A stretch of DNA of 64,000 nucleotides. It comes from Candidatus Omnitrophota bacterium. Its GTDB lineage: Bacteria; Omnitrophota; Gorgyraeia; Duberdicusellales; 4484-171. The stretch lies in NCBI GenBank assembly GCA_037146775.1, contig JBAWWL010000009.1:4575-68574 (forward strand), read 5' to 3'. Under the pieces are notes generated by a model. The model saw only the letters and a program-made list of their open reading frames with translations, had not been told where the DNA came from and did no database searches. Position 1 is the stretch's first letter. Every line of letters starts with the position of its first letter. The translations under genes were made by a program, and so were the position numbers. This document shows, piece after piece, positions 1 to 14,300 of the stretch.

Positions 1-2350
1 ACCAACTTAGCCTTGCCGCCTTTAGATTGATATTCTTCAATATACTTCTTCGCAATATCTCGAGCCGCATTGGCAGCGCCTAAACTTATAAACAAACGCA
101 TCCAGCTATAGGCATCTCGGGCAGTAACGTGCGCGGGCCGGCCGTTTAAGTAATGCCAGATTTTCTCCATAGAACCATTTGCATCTTGTCCATCAAGCAT
201 AACCGGAACACATAATGGGTTCTCATATTCGGTCATGACACGAACCCAGCTCTCAACGGTTTGTTTTGCATTCTGCACAGTTAAATCACCTAAATACTTT
301 AAGTTAAAATCTAAATAACCGCCTGACTGCCGGACAAATTGCACAAGAGGAACAAAAAATTGCTCATCTTGCATTTGAGCTACCGTAAGCCCACTTTTCA
401 CTAAATTAGCCGTAACATGTAATCCTCGGTATTCTTCTAATGGTTGACAAGCCTGTAGTAATTTTTTGTTAAAGGCCTCAAGTTGAACTTGAGCCTGTTG
501 TAAACTTTCCAAAACTGTTGCCGGGTTTAAGGCAGCAAATAGCCTAAAGGCTCGAATCATACTGTTGCAGCTCAAAGAATCTAAACCTCTAATATTTGTT
601 AGCGCTTCTTGCAATAACAAATTCGCTTCTTCTCTGCGGCCGACCTGGACTAACGTTTCGGCGATATGAACAAAAGCCTGCGCTCTATATCCATCAACTT
701 CGCTCCTGCCTACGCTTCTTGTTAAGTTAAGCAATCTGTCCAAAGCACCAGCATTTATCATTTCTTGGCTGATTAATTGAATAACTCTTCCTTGCAACAT
801 ACCATCATTTAACTCTGTAATAACTCTTGCCTCGTTTGTTCTGCGAAATTCAGCAGCCACTACCTGAGCCACTACCAAATATGCCTGGCTATACATATCC
901 CTATAGCTAACCTGCCTGGCCTCCTGTACTGCTTCATCAAATCTTCCTCCCTTAGCTAATTCCCGCGCTAAAGCCATATGCGCTATGGCTCTACCCTGAG
1001 AGCCGCCGGTATTATTAGGAGTCCAGCCTCGATTACTGTAATCTTGATAACCCTCTACTTTGTTTGCCGCTACTGCCAGCCGGGCAATAGCATCCAAAGC
1101 TTTACCTCTTGTTTCATCCTTAAGCTGATTGATAAATTGGAACGTTTCGTTCCATAACCCTAATTGACTTAAAATATTGGCTACCAGGATACAAAAATCT
1201 TCATCGACATGAGAAGATTCTGCTTCCCGAATAGCAGCATCAACATACTGTTTCGCTTGAGTATTGCGTCCTAATAAAATTTCTAATTCTGCTATCAACG
1301 CAAAGACTTCGCTTCTTTTATATTTCAAAGAACTGCCTATGTTCGAAAGCACATCGCGATCAAGTATTCGCCCAGCCTGTGCCTTATCGCCGGATAAGGC
1401 CAACTTCTTGGCTATATATAATAAAGTAGATAGCCGTAAATCAGTTCTCATAATACGACCTGCGCTCCCTAAAGCTTCTTGCATTTTATTTTGATCAGCG
1501 TAAGCTTCACTTAAAGAAATTAGGATAATCTCGTTAGCTTGCATTCTGGTAATCTCATCCGGCCTGTTCCTCGCGACTATCTGCCTGGCTATCAACTTTA
1601 AAACTTTTTCTTGATCATAATCATTTTTCAGAAGTTTAACAATTTTTAATACTGCTTCTGTATCTTTTTCTGCTAAACCTTCGGCTATTTTTATAAGCGT
1701 ATCTGTACGATCGTAATCCTTTGATATTTTTTGCGCTAATGCAATACCTTGATCAGCAGATATCTTTCCGGAAGTGACTAAATACACTAATAAATCTCGG
1801 TAAGAATAAATATCTTTCGCAGAATCAATACCTCTAAGTATAGCCAATGCCTCATCTGTTTTGTTTTGCTCAGCCAAACTAATTGCAAAATAAGCAAGAT
1901 AATGCCCTTTATTTTCTTTTAATCTTCTTGAGCCTGCGCTTTGAATTGCCTGCTGTACCTTTTCTATTCTATTTATAGTTATTGCTGCTCTGGCTATAAT
2001 TGCCGGGTCAGAATAAGGCTCTTCACTTTTCTCAATAGCGCTAAGCAGCATTTCCTCTGCTTCTTGGCTTTTAGCTAATTTTGCATATACCTCCGATATT
2101 CTTGCTCTTATCGGCGCCTCGTTATATCCGGAAATTCTACCCTTGGCTAGTTCTAACAAATCTTGCGCTTTCTGTAAATTTCCTAATTCAGCATACATAT
2201 CAGCCAATTCGACTAATTCATGCGATGCATTACCGTTATATCCGTCACCGCCCATTGTCACCAAAGCAAAAGCCGATAATGTTATTTTTTCTGCAATCTG
2301 GGCTCGAGCCTGAACATTATCTAAAACCGCTTGGCCTCTATCCGAAAAAG
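1..2350 (-). other. TPR/alpha-solenoid-like module of giant protein 2 (truncated at the window edge)
   Basis: Ala/Leu-rich amphipathic helical repeats starting right after a KASSAL linker (~2355). Confidence 0.5.
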
Positions 2351-5300
2351 ACAGCGCACTCGACGCCTTTCCTGACCTCAAACTCTCCTCTGCCGGGCTC
2401 TCAGTGTACTTTTCCGGATGCTGGTGAAAGTCTACATAGTTAGCATCCATAAAAGTTTTGAATTCTTCCCAAGATAAGGTGTAGCGGGAAAGATAACGCG
2501 GAAGTTCAGTTTGAGATATTTCTCGAGGTTGGGGTAAAAGATGAACACCGCGCTTTTTAGCATCATCAAGATAAATTCTTTGTTTGATTCTTACTGCTAA
2601 GAGATTTTTTCTATCATTATCTTTTTCTAAAATAATATTAAGATAATCTTCATGATAGACTCCTTCTAAAAATAAAGTTTCTTTATAGGGATACGTACGC
2701 GCTGTACCTTTACGTAAAACTAAACTCCAATTGATACTACCTAAAATAATCGGCCAGTCGTTCTGTGCGAGAGCCGCCTGTGCTTCAAAATATGCTGTTC
2801 TGAAAGCAGATGATCTTAAGTATGTCTGGCCAATTTCCTTAGCCATACTTGCCTCACCCTTCTCTACGAAGCGGAACATCCAAGAATAGACCAAAACAGA
2901 ATCTGAAAAATCACCTATTTCCGCAAATGCTTGAACGATATCAAAAGCCTTGTTAAATAATTTTCGTTCAAATAATTTTTCTGCTGCGGCTGAAGCTATA
3001 GACAGAAGCTCTGGATTACCTCTGGCGACACTTCCTAATGCAACGGCTAAATCACTAAGTAGAAAATAATCATTAGCCTTAGCAATGGCGGCGGCCAAGA
3101 AACCTGCCTGCTCCAAGTTAAACTTTGTCCGACTACTGGCTTTTTTGGCAATATGGCGCAAGGCAGACGCAAGCAATTTCATAGTTGCGTCGTCTTGAGA
3201 TTGATTTAAAATAGTAAAAATACCGTCTAGCCCCTGAGGGGTAGTTATTTCAATCCAATCAGTTTGTTGACACGCAGTAGCTAAAGCATCTGCCAGACGA
3301 TATTGTGTCGTTGGTTCTTTTTCTATTGCCAGTTTAGCGATAAGTTCTTGGTATGTTTCGCCTAACGCACTCGACGCTTTTCCTTTACCTCTTGGCCTCA
3401 AATTCTCCTCTGCCGGGCTCTCATTGTATGTTTCCGGGTGCTGGTGGAACTCTTGATAGTGAGTATCCATGAATGTTTTGAATTCTTCCCAAGATAAGGT
3501 GTAGCGGGAAAGATATTGATTGAGGTTTCTCCTGGTGATATCGCTAAAAGGTTGAGCAGGAAGCCCTGGAACTTTTCTCGCTCTGGCATCAGCGTGATAG
3601 ATTCTGTTTTTAAGTTGAACTGCCAGGAAAGATTGTTCCAAAGAATCTACTCCCACCACCACATTAATATATTCTTCAAGGTATGCTCGGTCTTTTAATA
3701 ACTGCCAATCAATACCGTCTAAGATAATCGGCCAGTCGGCTTCGGCCCTTTCAACATCACTGCTATGCAGGTTACCGGAAGAATCATGGAGATATCTTGA
3801 CGCCATATTAATAGCCGCCTGTGGTTCTCCCCAATGTATAAGCATCCGCATCCAAAATTTAAGCTCGTGCGGCTCTGAAGAATCACATGGAAGCATTTGT
3901 CGCAGATGATGTATATATACTGGGGTCGCCATTCGTTGGAATACTTCTTGCACACGAGAATAAACTTGCGGATTATTCGCCGCAATCTGGCCTAAAAGGA
4001 TCAAAATATATTCAGGAGCTAAATCTTTAGCGCGACTTAAAGCTTCAATAATTTCATCCAAATGTAAGTCCTTACTGGCTAATGAGCGATCATTGATTAA
4101 TGCTTCAATAAGTGCTTCTGCGTATTTTTCCCGCGTTTTATCGTCTTGAGTCTGTTTTAAGGCCTCAACTAAACTAAGCACCTGTGTGTGAGAAAGCTTA
4201 AGAGAACGATTTTTGCGTAATACTGCAAATACTAATAGAGAAAGAGAACGAGAAAAACTCTGGCTTTGACCAGGTTGGCTTACAAAAACAAGAAGCCGAT
4301 TCATTTGTCCTTGACTAAATGGTACTAAATGGTCTTCACCACCAAGAGCAGTATAGAGCGCATTAATAAAGCTTTCCCGTACTAACGGATCCTCGGCCTC
4401 TTCAGCGCCAACAAGAAGCCGTTCTAATTGTTCGGGATGGAAACGCGCTGAAGATCCCAAAACGCCGTCAAGACTATCACGCAAGCCAACCGCAGGACTA
4501 TTACGGAAAGTGTCAAATAAACTATCAAATTGTGCTTGCAAAAGTGGTAGTGAGTGATTTTCTCTTAAAACATCGGATAAAACAGAACAAAGGATTTGTC
4601 TTGAATGCATCGTGTTGCCTGATTCGTTGATATTTCTAACAATATGCTCAAGCAATATAGGATTCCTTGCAGCTTGACGAGAAAGCCTTTGGATACGCTT
4701 ATCACCAATCGTTGTTTTAACCATAGACATAAAATTTTTCACTGTTCTCTGAGCATTTTCTTCTTTACGTTGCCTCCACCACGATTGCACCGCAGCTACT
4801 CCCCTTTGTATCGCTTTTCTCAAACTCCAAGATCCCTGAGAGACGGGAGGCTCTTGCTGTAAAGCCGATGATGCACCAGAAGCTTTACCTTTCTTTGGCC
4901 TTAAACTTTCTTCTGTTGGGCTTTCAATATACTTTCCCGGATGCTGGTGAAAGTCTGCATAGTTAGCATCCATAAAAGTTTTGAATTCTTCCCAAGCCTC
5001 GGTGTAACGGGAAAGATAACGCGGAAGTTCTGTTTGGGATATTTCTCGAGGCTTAGGCATAGGCTGCACACCTCTGGTCTTAGCATCATCACAATAAATT
5101 CTTTGCTTGAGCCTTACTGCTAAAAGTTTTTGGACTTCTGAATCGCTATTTGTTACTACTGCGATATAGCCGTCACGATATTCTTTTCTCTCAAAAAGGC
5201 TTCTCTCAATATGATTTAGGATAATCGGCCAGTCAGATTGGCCCTTCGCGGCTTCCTTGCTTAAAAACTCAGGGTTATGAGCTAAATAAATTTCTATTGC

Positions 5301-8300
5301 TCCTTTTGCTGTCTCCTTTATGTGCTTTTCATAAACTGAAGAATTCATGATTGCCCCCAGAACAACCATAAGCTCTTCTATGGCATCAAAAGCGATTTGG
5401 TTACCCTTTACAGCTGCAGTCCTTAATGCCCAGATTGCTGAGTTTCTTATCCCTTCAGATGTTTTAACTTTAATGATTTCTTTAAAAATATCTATAAGCT
5501 CATTAATAGTAGCAATTGCGGCCTGATTTCCTCCTAAGGCTGCAGCTGCCAATCTTGTCATCACTTCCTCTTTTACTTTGTCCGAATATTGAGAGGTAAC
5601 GATTAATTTTAACGTAGCACGTATTTTTCCGCTAGGATCACCGTTGGATGAAGTAGTTATTAATTGGTTGATTGCGGCAATTCTGTCTGGATTTGTTTTG
5701 GCTTCAAAGAATTTACCTATCATTTCATCTAAGGTTATTCCTACAGCACTAGACGCTTTTCCTTTACCTCTTGGCCTCAAGCTTTCTTCTGCCGGGCTCA
5801 TCGTGAATCTTTCCGGATGCTGGTGAAAGTCTGCATAGTTAGCATCCATAAAAGTTTTGAATTCTTCCCAAGCCTCGGTGTAGTGGGAAAGACATAAAGG
5901 AAGTTGTGCTTGGGATATTTCATAAGGTTGAGGTAACGGATTAACGCCTCTGGTTTTAGCATCGTCGAGATAGATTCTTTGTTTGAGTCTTACGGCCAAG
6001 AGACTTTGTGTATTCGAATCCATATCAGCCACTACCAACAAATAATCATTAATATACTGTTGCCGAATGAGCAGTGCACCATCAATACCACTTAAAATAA
6101 TCGGCCAGTCGGCTTCAGCTCTTGCAACTTCCCTAGTTAGAAACTCTTGGTCATTGTTGTATAAAAGGGCTTTTATCGCACCTCTCGCTGTTTCTTTGAT
6201 TTTTTGAGATACTTGAGAGGCGATAATCTGCTTAAGAGCAATAATGGCAGGTAGGCTAGCCCGATGGGTAGCAAAACATAATGCCCAGATTGCTGCGTCT
6301 TTTATATGCTCAGAAGCCTGGGAAATAACAATATCTCTTAAGGTATCAGCAAGCTCCTCTATGGCAGCAATAACAGGTTGGTTGCCGTAGTAAGCAACAA
6401 CCCTTAATGCGGTAATTGCTGACACTCGCATATTTTCAGAAGCCTGGGAAATAACAATATCTCTTAAGGTATCAGCAAGCTCACCTATAGCAGCAATAGC
6501 TACAGGTTGACTGTCGCTGAAAGCAGTTTTACTTAACCCATCAATTGCCGTTTGCTTTATATATTCAGAAACTTCAGAATTAATAATTTCTTTAAGAGCA
6601 ATAATTACGGAATCGGCGCGCCTATGCCAAACGGGAGCAGACCTCACAATATCTCTCAATTGCCAGATTGCTACACTCCTCATATCTGCAGAAACCCGAG
6701 AAGTAATGATTTCCTTGAGGGCATTAATTGGGGATTGTCTATCTTTTGCAGCAGCAGCTCCTAATGCTTTAATTGCTTCTTCTTTAGTGTCTGGGGCAAC
6801 TTGAGAAAAAACAATCTCTTTTAAGGTATTAGAAAGTTCTTCTATGGCCACAATCGCGGGCTGACTGTCATGCAAAGCAGCAACTTTTAAGCCAGAAATT
6901 GCTATGTATTGAATATGGATACCTCCGGAAACTTGGGTAATAATAATCTCCTTAAGGGCATTACTGGCGGGCTGACTGCCATACCTAGCAGCAACATTCA
7001 ACGCTCGAAGTGCTGTTAATCTTATCCCCGCAGAAGCTTGGGAGATAATTATTTCTTTTAAATTATCGACAAGCTCTCCTATAGCAACAACAGAATATTG
7101 GCTCTCATACAAAACAGCATTCTCTAATGCTTCAATTGCTGCTCGTCGTATACCTTCAGGAACTTGCGAAGTAATTATTTCCTTAAGAACATCTATTGCG
7201 GGCTTTCTATCCTTGATAGCAGCGTTATACAACGCTTTAATTGCTTTAAGTTTTACTGATTCTGCATTAGTTCCTAAAACCTTATTCTTATTAATCTGCG
7301 CACTTAAAATTATTTGAACTTCCCTATGCGCTTTCCACTTCGCAATTAAACCCTTTACTATTGCTTTACCTTTTGCTAACAGCCGCTGTAAACCATTTTG
7401 CTTATCCGGTTGGGTTGTAAGCGGTGAGGAAGATGCTTTGGCCTGGCTGGTAGATAACGCGCTGGAAGCAGCTGCCTTAGATTTATCCATAGCGCTTACC
7501 ACATGCCCCACGTCACCTTCTAAGCCATGGCCCTCAACCTGTAATAATGCTATTTTTAGTAAGGTTTCTAGGTAAGCTTCTATTGACTGTTCTTCTAGAT
7601 TAATCCGGCAGGGATAATTTTTCCTTAATTTCTCGCCACCATCATCTAAGGCTACACCGGCAAACACAAAATCTATTTGCTGATGACTGGAAGCCTGTAT
7701 TTGAGGTTTACCTGTGGCAGTAACATATTTACCATGCTGAAATTGCTTAATTTTTTCTTGTAAGGCTTCACCCATCACCTGCGGCGATACAGCTTGAGCT
7801 TCATCTCCATCAGTTGCTACCACTACTAAATTTTTCACATCCTTATTACCTGCCGAAGGAAATTCAATGTCACTTAAACCATTCAAAAGTGCTTGGCCGT
7901 CAATACCGCCACCGTCAATGTTTTCTGTCCATATTCTATCCAGAGCATCAACGATAAGTTGGCGTTTAGCCTCATGGGAACGCGCGGCCTTCCATTGCTT
8001 AAAATCAAAAAGAGGGGTAAAACGCGTAGTAATCACCGCTACGGAGATATTAAGGTCGGGATTAATACGCGAAAGCTCAAGTAAGTTAGTAGCATATTCA
8101 TAAATCATATCTTCCAAGGCTCTTTGAAGTACGGGTTTGCTCGTAATACTGCCGCTGGCATCTATCACAAACATGATATTTTGTGCTAACAATTTTTCTT
8201 CGTCTTCAAATTGAGGAGCAATAAGTACCCGGTCATAATCTCCGGCAGCCAAAGCCTCAGGATCGATGTCGGTTCCTCCGTCAGACACATGTTCGTAGTC

Positions 8301-11300
8301 TGCCTCGTAATCATCATCCGTTGGCGCGATCAATTTCTTGTATCTCTCCAGCCACTTACGCGATGAAGCTGGAAGTTCCCTACGGGAAACTCTGGCCAAG
8401 CGTTCGCGCCGCTCTTGGCGCTCATCAACTACTTCTTTCTCTGGCGGTAAATCGCTCAAGTCAGTCTCAGCCACATCTATTTCTCCGATATTAATAACCT
8501 TGACATTTGGCGTAAAGAAAAGTTTTCCGCTACTCAAATCAAAATTATGGGTAGCGCCAGCCATATTCACCGATAATTGTTGTATATAATAAAACCCGCG
8601 CTGCACATCCGTGAAATATTCTGCTGGTTCATTTAAAAATAGCATACACAATTTGACAATTTCCGAATCAGACAACCCATCGATCAAGCGTACTGCTACC
8701 TGGATATTATCTTCTTCAAAATCTGTGCTGATACGGGCTTTAGCGTGCGCCTTTAAAAAAGCATTTAAAACATCCCTTGCCGCTAACGCATACGCATCAT
8801 CGTCAGCCCGGCGATTTCTGATAGCAGCAACCAAGACATCACGCACATAAGCTTTAGGATTTGGCACTAAAAGTAAAGGAAATAATGTTGACAACAATTC
8901 TCCATTTTTATGCAACCGCTCAGCCAACGCAGCGTTTTCAGGACCGATTTTTTCCGAAACTAAATGCCCAAGCTCATGCGCGGCAACTTCATATTCTTTC
9001 TCTGTATTGTTTAAAAACGATACTACTGCGTCACCTTCACTGTTGAAATACCCTAATGTTCCATCCTGCGGCCTAACCACAACAATTACCTGAGGATTGT
9101 CATTGTCGTTAAAAACCTGGCGGTATTTATCACCTAAAACATGACGCAACCGTTCGCTACCCATATTCAACATGCGTGCTATCGGTAAAGCGCTAAATCC
9201 TAAAATAGGCCGGCCGCGCCAACGAAGCACCTTGTCACGGCTGTTTTCTAGATACACTTTATTTTTTCGGGCATTGCTTTCCAGTTTGCCTAAACAAATA
9301 GCGAGCCCTTGGATGCTCGTGGTAGACTGACGATAATAATCATACAATTCGCCCACTATAGTGGCTAATTCCGAATCAACGCTCGCACAAAGCGCAACTA
9401 TTTCTCTTAAAAGCCCAGAATCAACTGCTTCTCTCGCCATTCCTACAAATGCCTTAATTAGAACTCTATTCACTAGCCCGGCATATTTTTGCTGCTGACT
9501 CAACGCAGGGCTTGCCAAAGAAAATTCTTGCATACGCGCACGTAAATCTGCTGGATCAAAAGAAACTTGTTCTCTAGCCTGTTTGGCTGCCTCTTGCCTT
9601 TCTTCTTCACTTACTGTTCGTTTTAACTTTTCTACTGGTTGTTGTGGGTAATGCTGCTGAATCTCTTGCGCTAAATCTGCCAGCGGTTTAGGCGTTATAT
9701 CCGGGACCCGTTCTACCGGAAATGCTTCATTTTCGACGGCAAAAAATCCACTGTCGGGAACTTCTTGAGTAAATTTTCCTGCCTGCTCTAATTCGCTCAT
9801 CCGCCGTGCTTCATTCTGGCGTTTAAAGTATGCTTCGCCACGGCGGTCTACTCCGTCCATGATTCCATAAGTTTCGGTTTCACTGTAACCGGTAGCGGTA
9901 ATATCAGTTTTGCTATAGCGGCTAAGCGGCTCGCTGGTATAAACTTTTAAGCATTTGCGGCTAAAAGGTGCTGGGAATGCATAACGGTTAGACCCCTTGC
10001 CGGTTCCGCCATAGCGTTCAGGAGGATTGTAGGTCAGGATAATGTCTAACTCTTTATCCAACACTACCTCTACGCTATCTCCGGCAGGAGTTATTAAATT
10101 GAATTTCCTTTCTCCGCGGGCAATCGCATCCAATATATACCATACATCACGGGTAACATTCGCCTCGTCATAAAGGATACGAATACGGTTTGAGGTCGGA
10201 TATGCGGTATTGATACGCTTACCATTGACTGTACCGCAAGAAAGCAAGAAATCAGCTACGCTCATCTTCACGGTTTGGCCAAAAGCAAGACTAACAGTAA
10301 TATGGCTATCGCGCATTTCCCGCCAGGGATTAGTGCGAACCAACGGTGTTCCTTCAGCCCTAGGAAGCATCCTGGCTAAAGTAGTTTTTCCACTGCCGGT
10401 TTCTCCGGCAACCAGAACAATACGGCTGGGGATAAATTTCCCGTTTGCGGCCACGACCGGAGTATGCGCCTGTAGTAATGCATTCAAGGCATCAAGCAAC
10501 GAATCCGCCGGATACATAAAATCATCAACGCTCATTTCTTCAAGAGGAACAGCGCGCCTTTTATTCTCTTCGTTACTGCTAAAACGATTAGCGCCTACAG
10601 CGCAAATAATATTGAGCCTTAGAGTGAGAGTATCGCCTTGACGAACAATACTCAAACCATCGGATAATTTCCTTTCTTCGTTATTGGATAGCTCCTGCCA
10701 GGAAACCTCATAGCTATCAGCATCAGTAAGAATATTTAAGCTATCGCCGCGCAAACACACTTTCATTCCATTAGCCAGTTTATAAACCCGTTCGGAAAAA
10801 TCTTCTAGATTCAGTGTTTTTGGATATACCTCTCTGGGAAGACCACGTTCCTGCTGTACGATTTCCCCCAGTAAACCGCGGCAATATTTGATAAGCTGGT
10901 TATTATCGAGCCCGCTTAAACGGCTGGCTAATATTGGCGCTAAAGCCTGTTCCAAGAAAACTTTGCGGTCTTCCGGACACATGGCTGCAAATAAAACATA
11001 ATACGTTGCTTTCATTGCATACCAGAACGGATCGTTGTGTACCGCACCACGGCCGTGGTCAATTTGTTTAAACATCTGCAATCTCAAAGCCATCTCGCTA
11101 AGATCGTGCATACTAAATTCATATCCCTGCTCAAATCGCCGCTGAGCACAAAATGCTGCAGCTTGCTGGTTAACTTCCACAAGAAACCTGGTTTCTTCCA
11201 AGGTAAGATTAGGATAAAGCTCCGACAAGACTGCGTGCGCCTCTTGGGCATTATTAAAATCAGGTAAACCGATTTTTCGCAGGCGGTTAGCAAAAGGAGA

Positions 11301-14300
11301 AGTAAGCTGCCTCATATCTGAAGTTATCGCAACAATAGTCACCCAAGAAGGAAGCACAAAGGTAGTTAAGTTCCCTGCATCGTCCTTAAGAATAATAGTG
11401 CGGCTCTGTAAGAGCTCGTTTAATTTTACCAGCTCATTTTTAGGTATGGATTCTACGTTAGTGATAGCTATAAGTACAGGAACCTGTCTCGCCGGAGGTA
11501 TACTGTCAAGCTCTTCCAGGGTCACGAGATGCCGGCGCAATGGCCCGTGTGCCGGGCGAAAACTATCTATACTAGCGGTGCGCTCGCCTTCATCATTAAA
11601 GTCTGCATCAAATGCGAAAGATTCTCCTACCAAAAGGCCTTTCGCGGTAGTAAAGGGGCTGCCTTCAACTACCTCCATTTTTCTTCCGGTTTTACGTGAA
11701 AATAATTTAAGGAATTCTACTCCTCCTACGCTAGGAGATTCATGAAGTAGAATTTGTTTTCTACCCAAAACCCTGCCCCTATAAGTTGCTTGGCCGCCGG
11801 TTAAAAGCATACACTCCATGGCTCTAACTTTACGCGCCAACGTGGGCGATTGTTCTAAATGCGTCACTTCTTCCTGGCTTACATCTGAATTACCACGATC
11901 TACAAGTTGCATCCTACTAAAATCAGGCATTCTAAAATCAGGAAAAACTTGTCGCACCAATTTTTCGGCAATTTCATATTCAACCTCGCTTAGTCCTTCC
12001 AGATAATTTACTGCTATAGCCTCATATATAGCTTCAAGCCTTTCGGCGTCTGCATTTACCCCGCGCTCTCTAACCATCTGCACCGCATCAATTAAATCGC
12101 GTGGGCTAATCATCCTGCGCTGAGGATGGCTACGACTAAGTAAGATGTGTAACCGCGCCATTTCAGTCTTTAGGCCATCGTCAAACTGGGCGTCCTCTAA
12201 GTAATAATTAATGAGCATAACCGCATCTTCCAAAGAAAGTACATTGTCAACTCTGATTTTACCTACGCTGAGATCAATTTCCCGCGGTAGCGGCTTACGG
12301 CTCCCAGTTTTAAAATGATAGTTCTGAGTGATAATAAAACAAAATCTGGGATCTCGTTTCACAATAATACCTTGTAACCCCGGATGATACGTACCTAAAT
12401 CTATTTCTTCCTGGCTGGCCGCAGAAACGATCCAACGTAATACCTGCCCTGCCCCTTTACTCACCATACCTTCATCGGCAACATATTGACCGCCTTCGGA
12501 ATACATGCGTAAAAACGGTAATATATATCGGCGGCCGGCATCTTTTTCTAAAGTATTAAGCACAATTTCTTTTCCACGCAAGGTTAAGCCGCCCAAAGCA
12601 GTACCTAAGGTAATGCGCCTAAACATTCCTTCTTCATAATAATCTTTGCCTTCGGCGTTAGCAGCATCGCGCGCACCGGAAGTCTTGCCTCCTCCCGGAT
12701 CGCCCTCAAGCACTACACTCATATTATCGTTACCAAAAAGCATTACACTGGCCTGCTGAGCTAGGCGGCTCTGTAGCGGTGCTTCCAATCTCACCGGTAT
12801 TATTGAATCTGCACGATAAAAATTATAACGGCCGAATTTATCTAATTCTTTAAAATCACTGTATTCTGTAGCTTGTCGAACCAAAACTACAGGTTTGCCG
12901 GAAACTTGTACAATAATTTCATAATAAACCACGCCTCCTTCTAAAGAAAAATTAGGGCTATAACGTAGTTGGCTAATATTGAGATGTGTTGCCGCTAAAT
13001 AAGCCTGACGGTAATCTTTGTGTTCCCGACTCTGATCAGCATCTTCCTCTTGCTCCACTAAGCCCATGGCTAATATATGATAACCCAATAATTTTATCGT
13101 AGTTTCATCAAGGGTTCCGGCCTGATGCCGGCTTAAGATTTCCTTTATAAAAAGATCTATTTCTGCCCGGCCTAAACGGTTATGCGGATAAAGCCCGTTT
13201 ACCTTTTGCTCTTCATGTAGCTGCCAAGCAGCCTGCACACACTCAAGCGCCGCCTTCCTTAAACCACTTTCCCTGATACTGGCCAATTGGCCATCTGCAT
13301 ATTGCGATACCCATCCTTTATTGAATTCGTGAGAAACATTAACCGTAAAAAAGCGGTCCACGTCAGCCGGATGTAAAGCAATAGGCTCCTCAGCCATACC
13401 TACCGCCCTAAAAGACAAATTCTTTGGTTTATAGCTAATAATGAATTTTGCGAGCATTCTTTTTTGCTCTGGAGATAAATCTTCAAATCTTTCTGGAAGC
13501 TCTGCGCTAGTTTTGCCTACATATTTCTCGCGGACACGATCAGATTTAATAGCTTCTAAAAATTCAGCGCGGATACGCGAGTAACTTTGATGATATTGTC
13601 CCAACAAAGCCATGACATCATTGACCACATTATCGTCAAACATTTCATCAACCGGTAACATATTGCTAGGGAAAAATTCGTTAAAAAGCGGGGTAACTTG
13701 CGGATTCATATTCAAATATCCCTTAAGCCAGCAAATACGCTCATTACCTTCCAGGTGTGCGCGCAGAATAGTCCAGGCTAAAATACCTAATTTATTTCTG
13801 GGAGCCCTATCCTCAGTAGTACGACTCATTCCTCCGATAAGGCTTCTTTTGGTATGAAAACGGCTGAGATTAACAATTGTATCTTTAATGGCAGTGCCAA
13901 GAATAACCGCATCGCGTATTTCTTTAAAAGTAACTGTTCCGTTGGAAAGAACTAATACCGGTGTTTCCAGCGGGAATTCACGGATAAATTTTAACAGTTC
14001 CTGCGGTGAAGGTGGCGGCGAAAGATCGGTTACTTGCGTCTTGATAATGTTTCTAGCAGTCTCCATATCTTGCGGGTTATCCCACATAAAAACAAATACA
14101 ATATGTAAAAGCATATTAAATGCTTTATCAATCGATTCTCCGCGCTCAATCGCTTTAAACATTAATTCATTAAAATATTCGCTAAGCCTGGGAGTAACGA
14201 GGCGCTTGGACGAAAAATTTCCTGCTAACACTTCTCGGCTAAACGCATTATATACCGCCGAAAGTGTATCGGCTTTGCTTTGTACCATGCTTTCAGTTAA

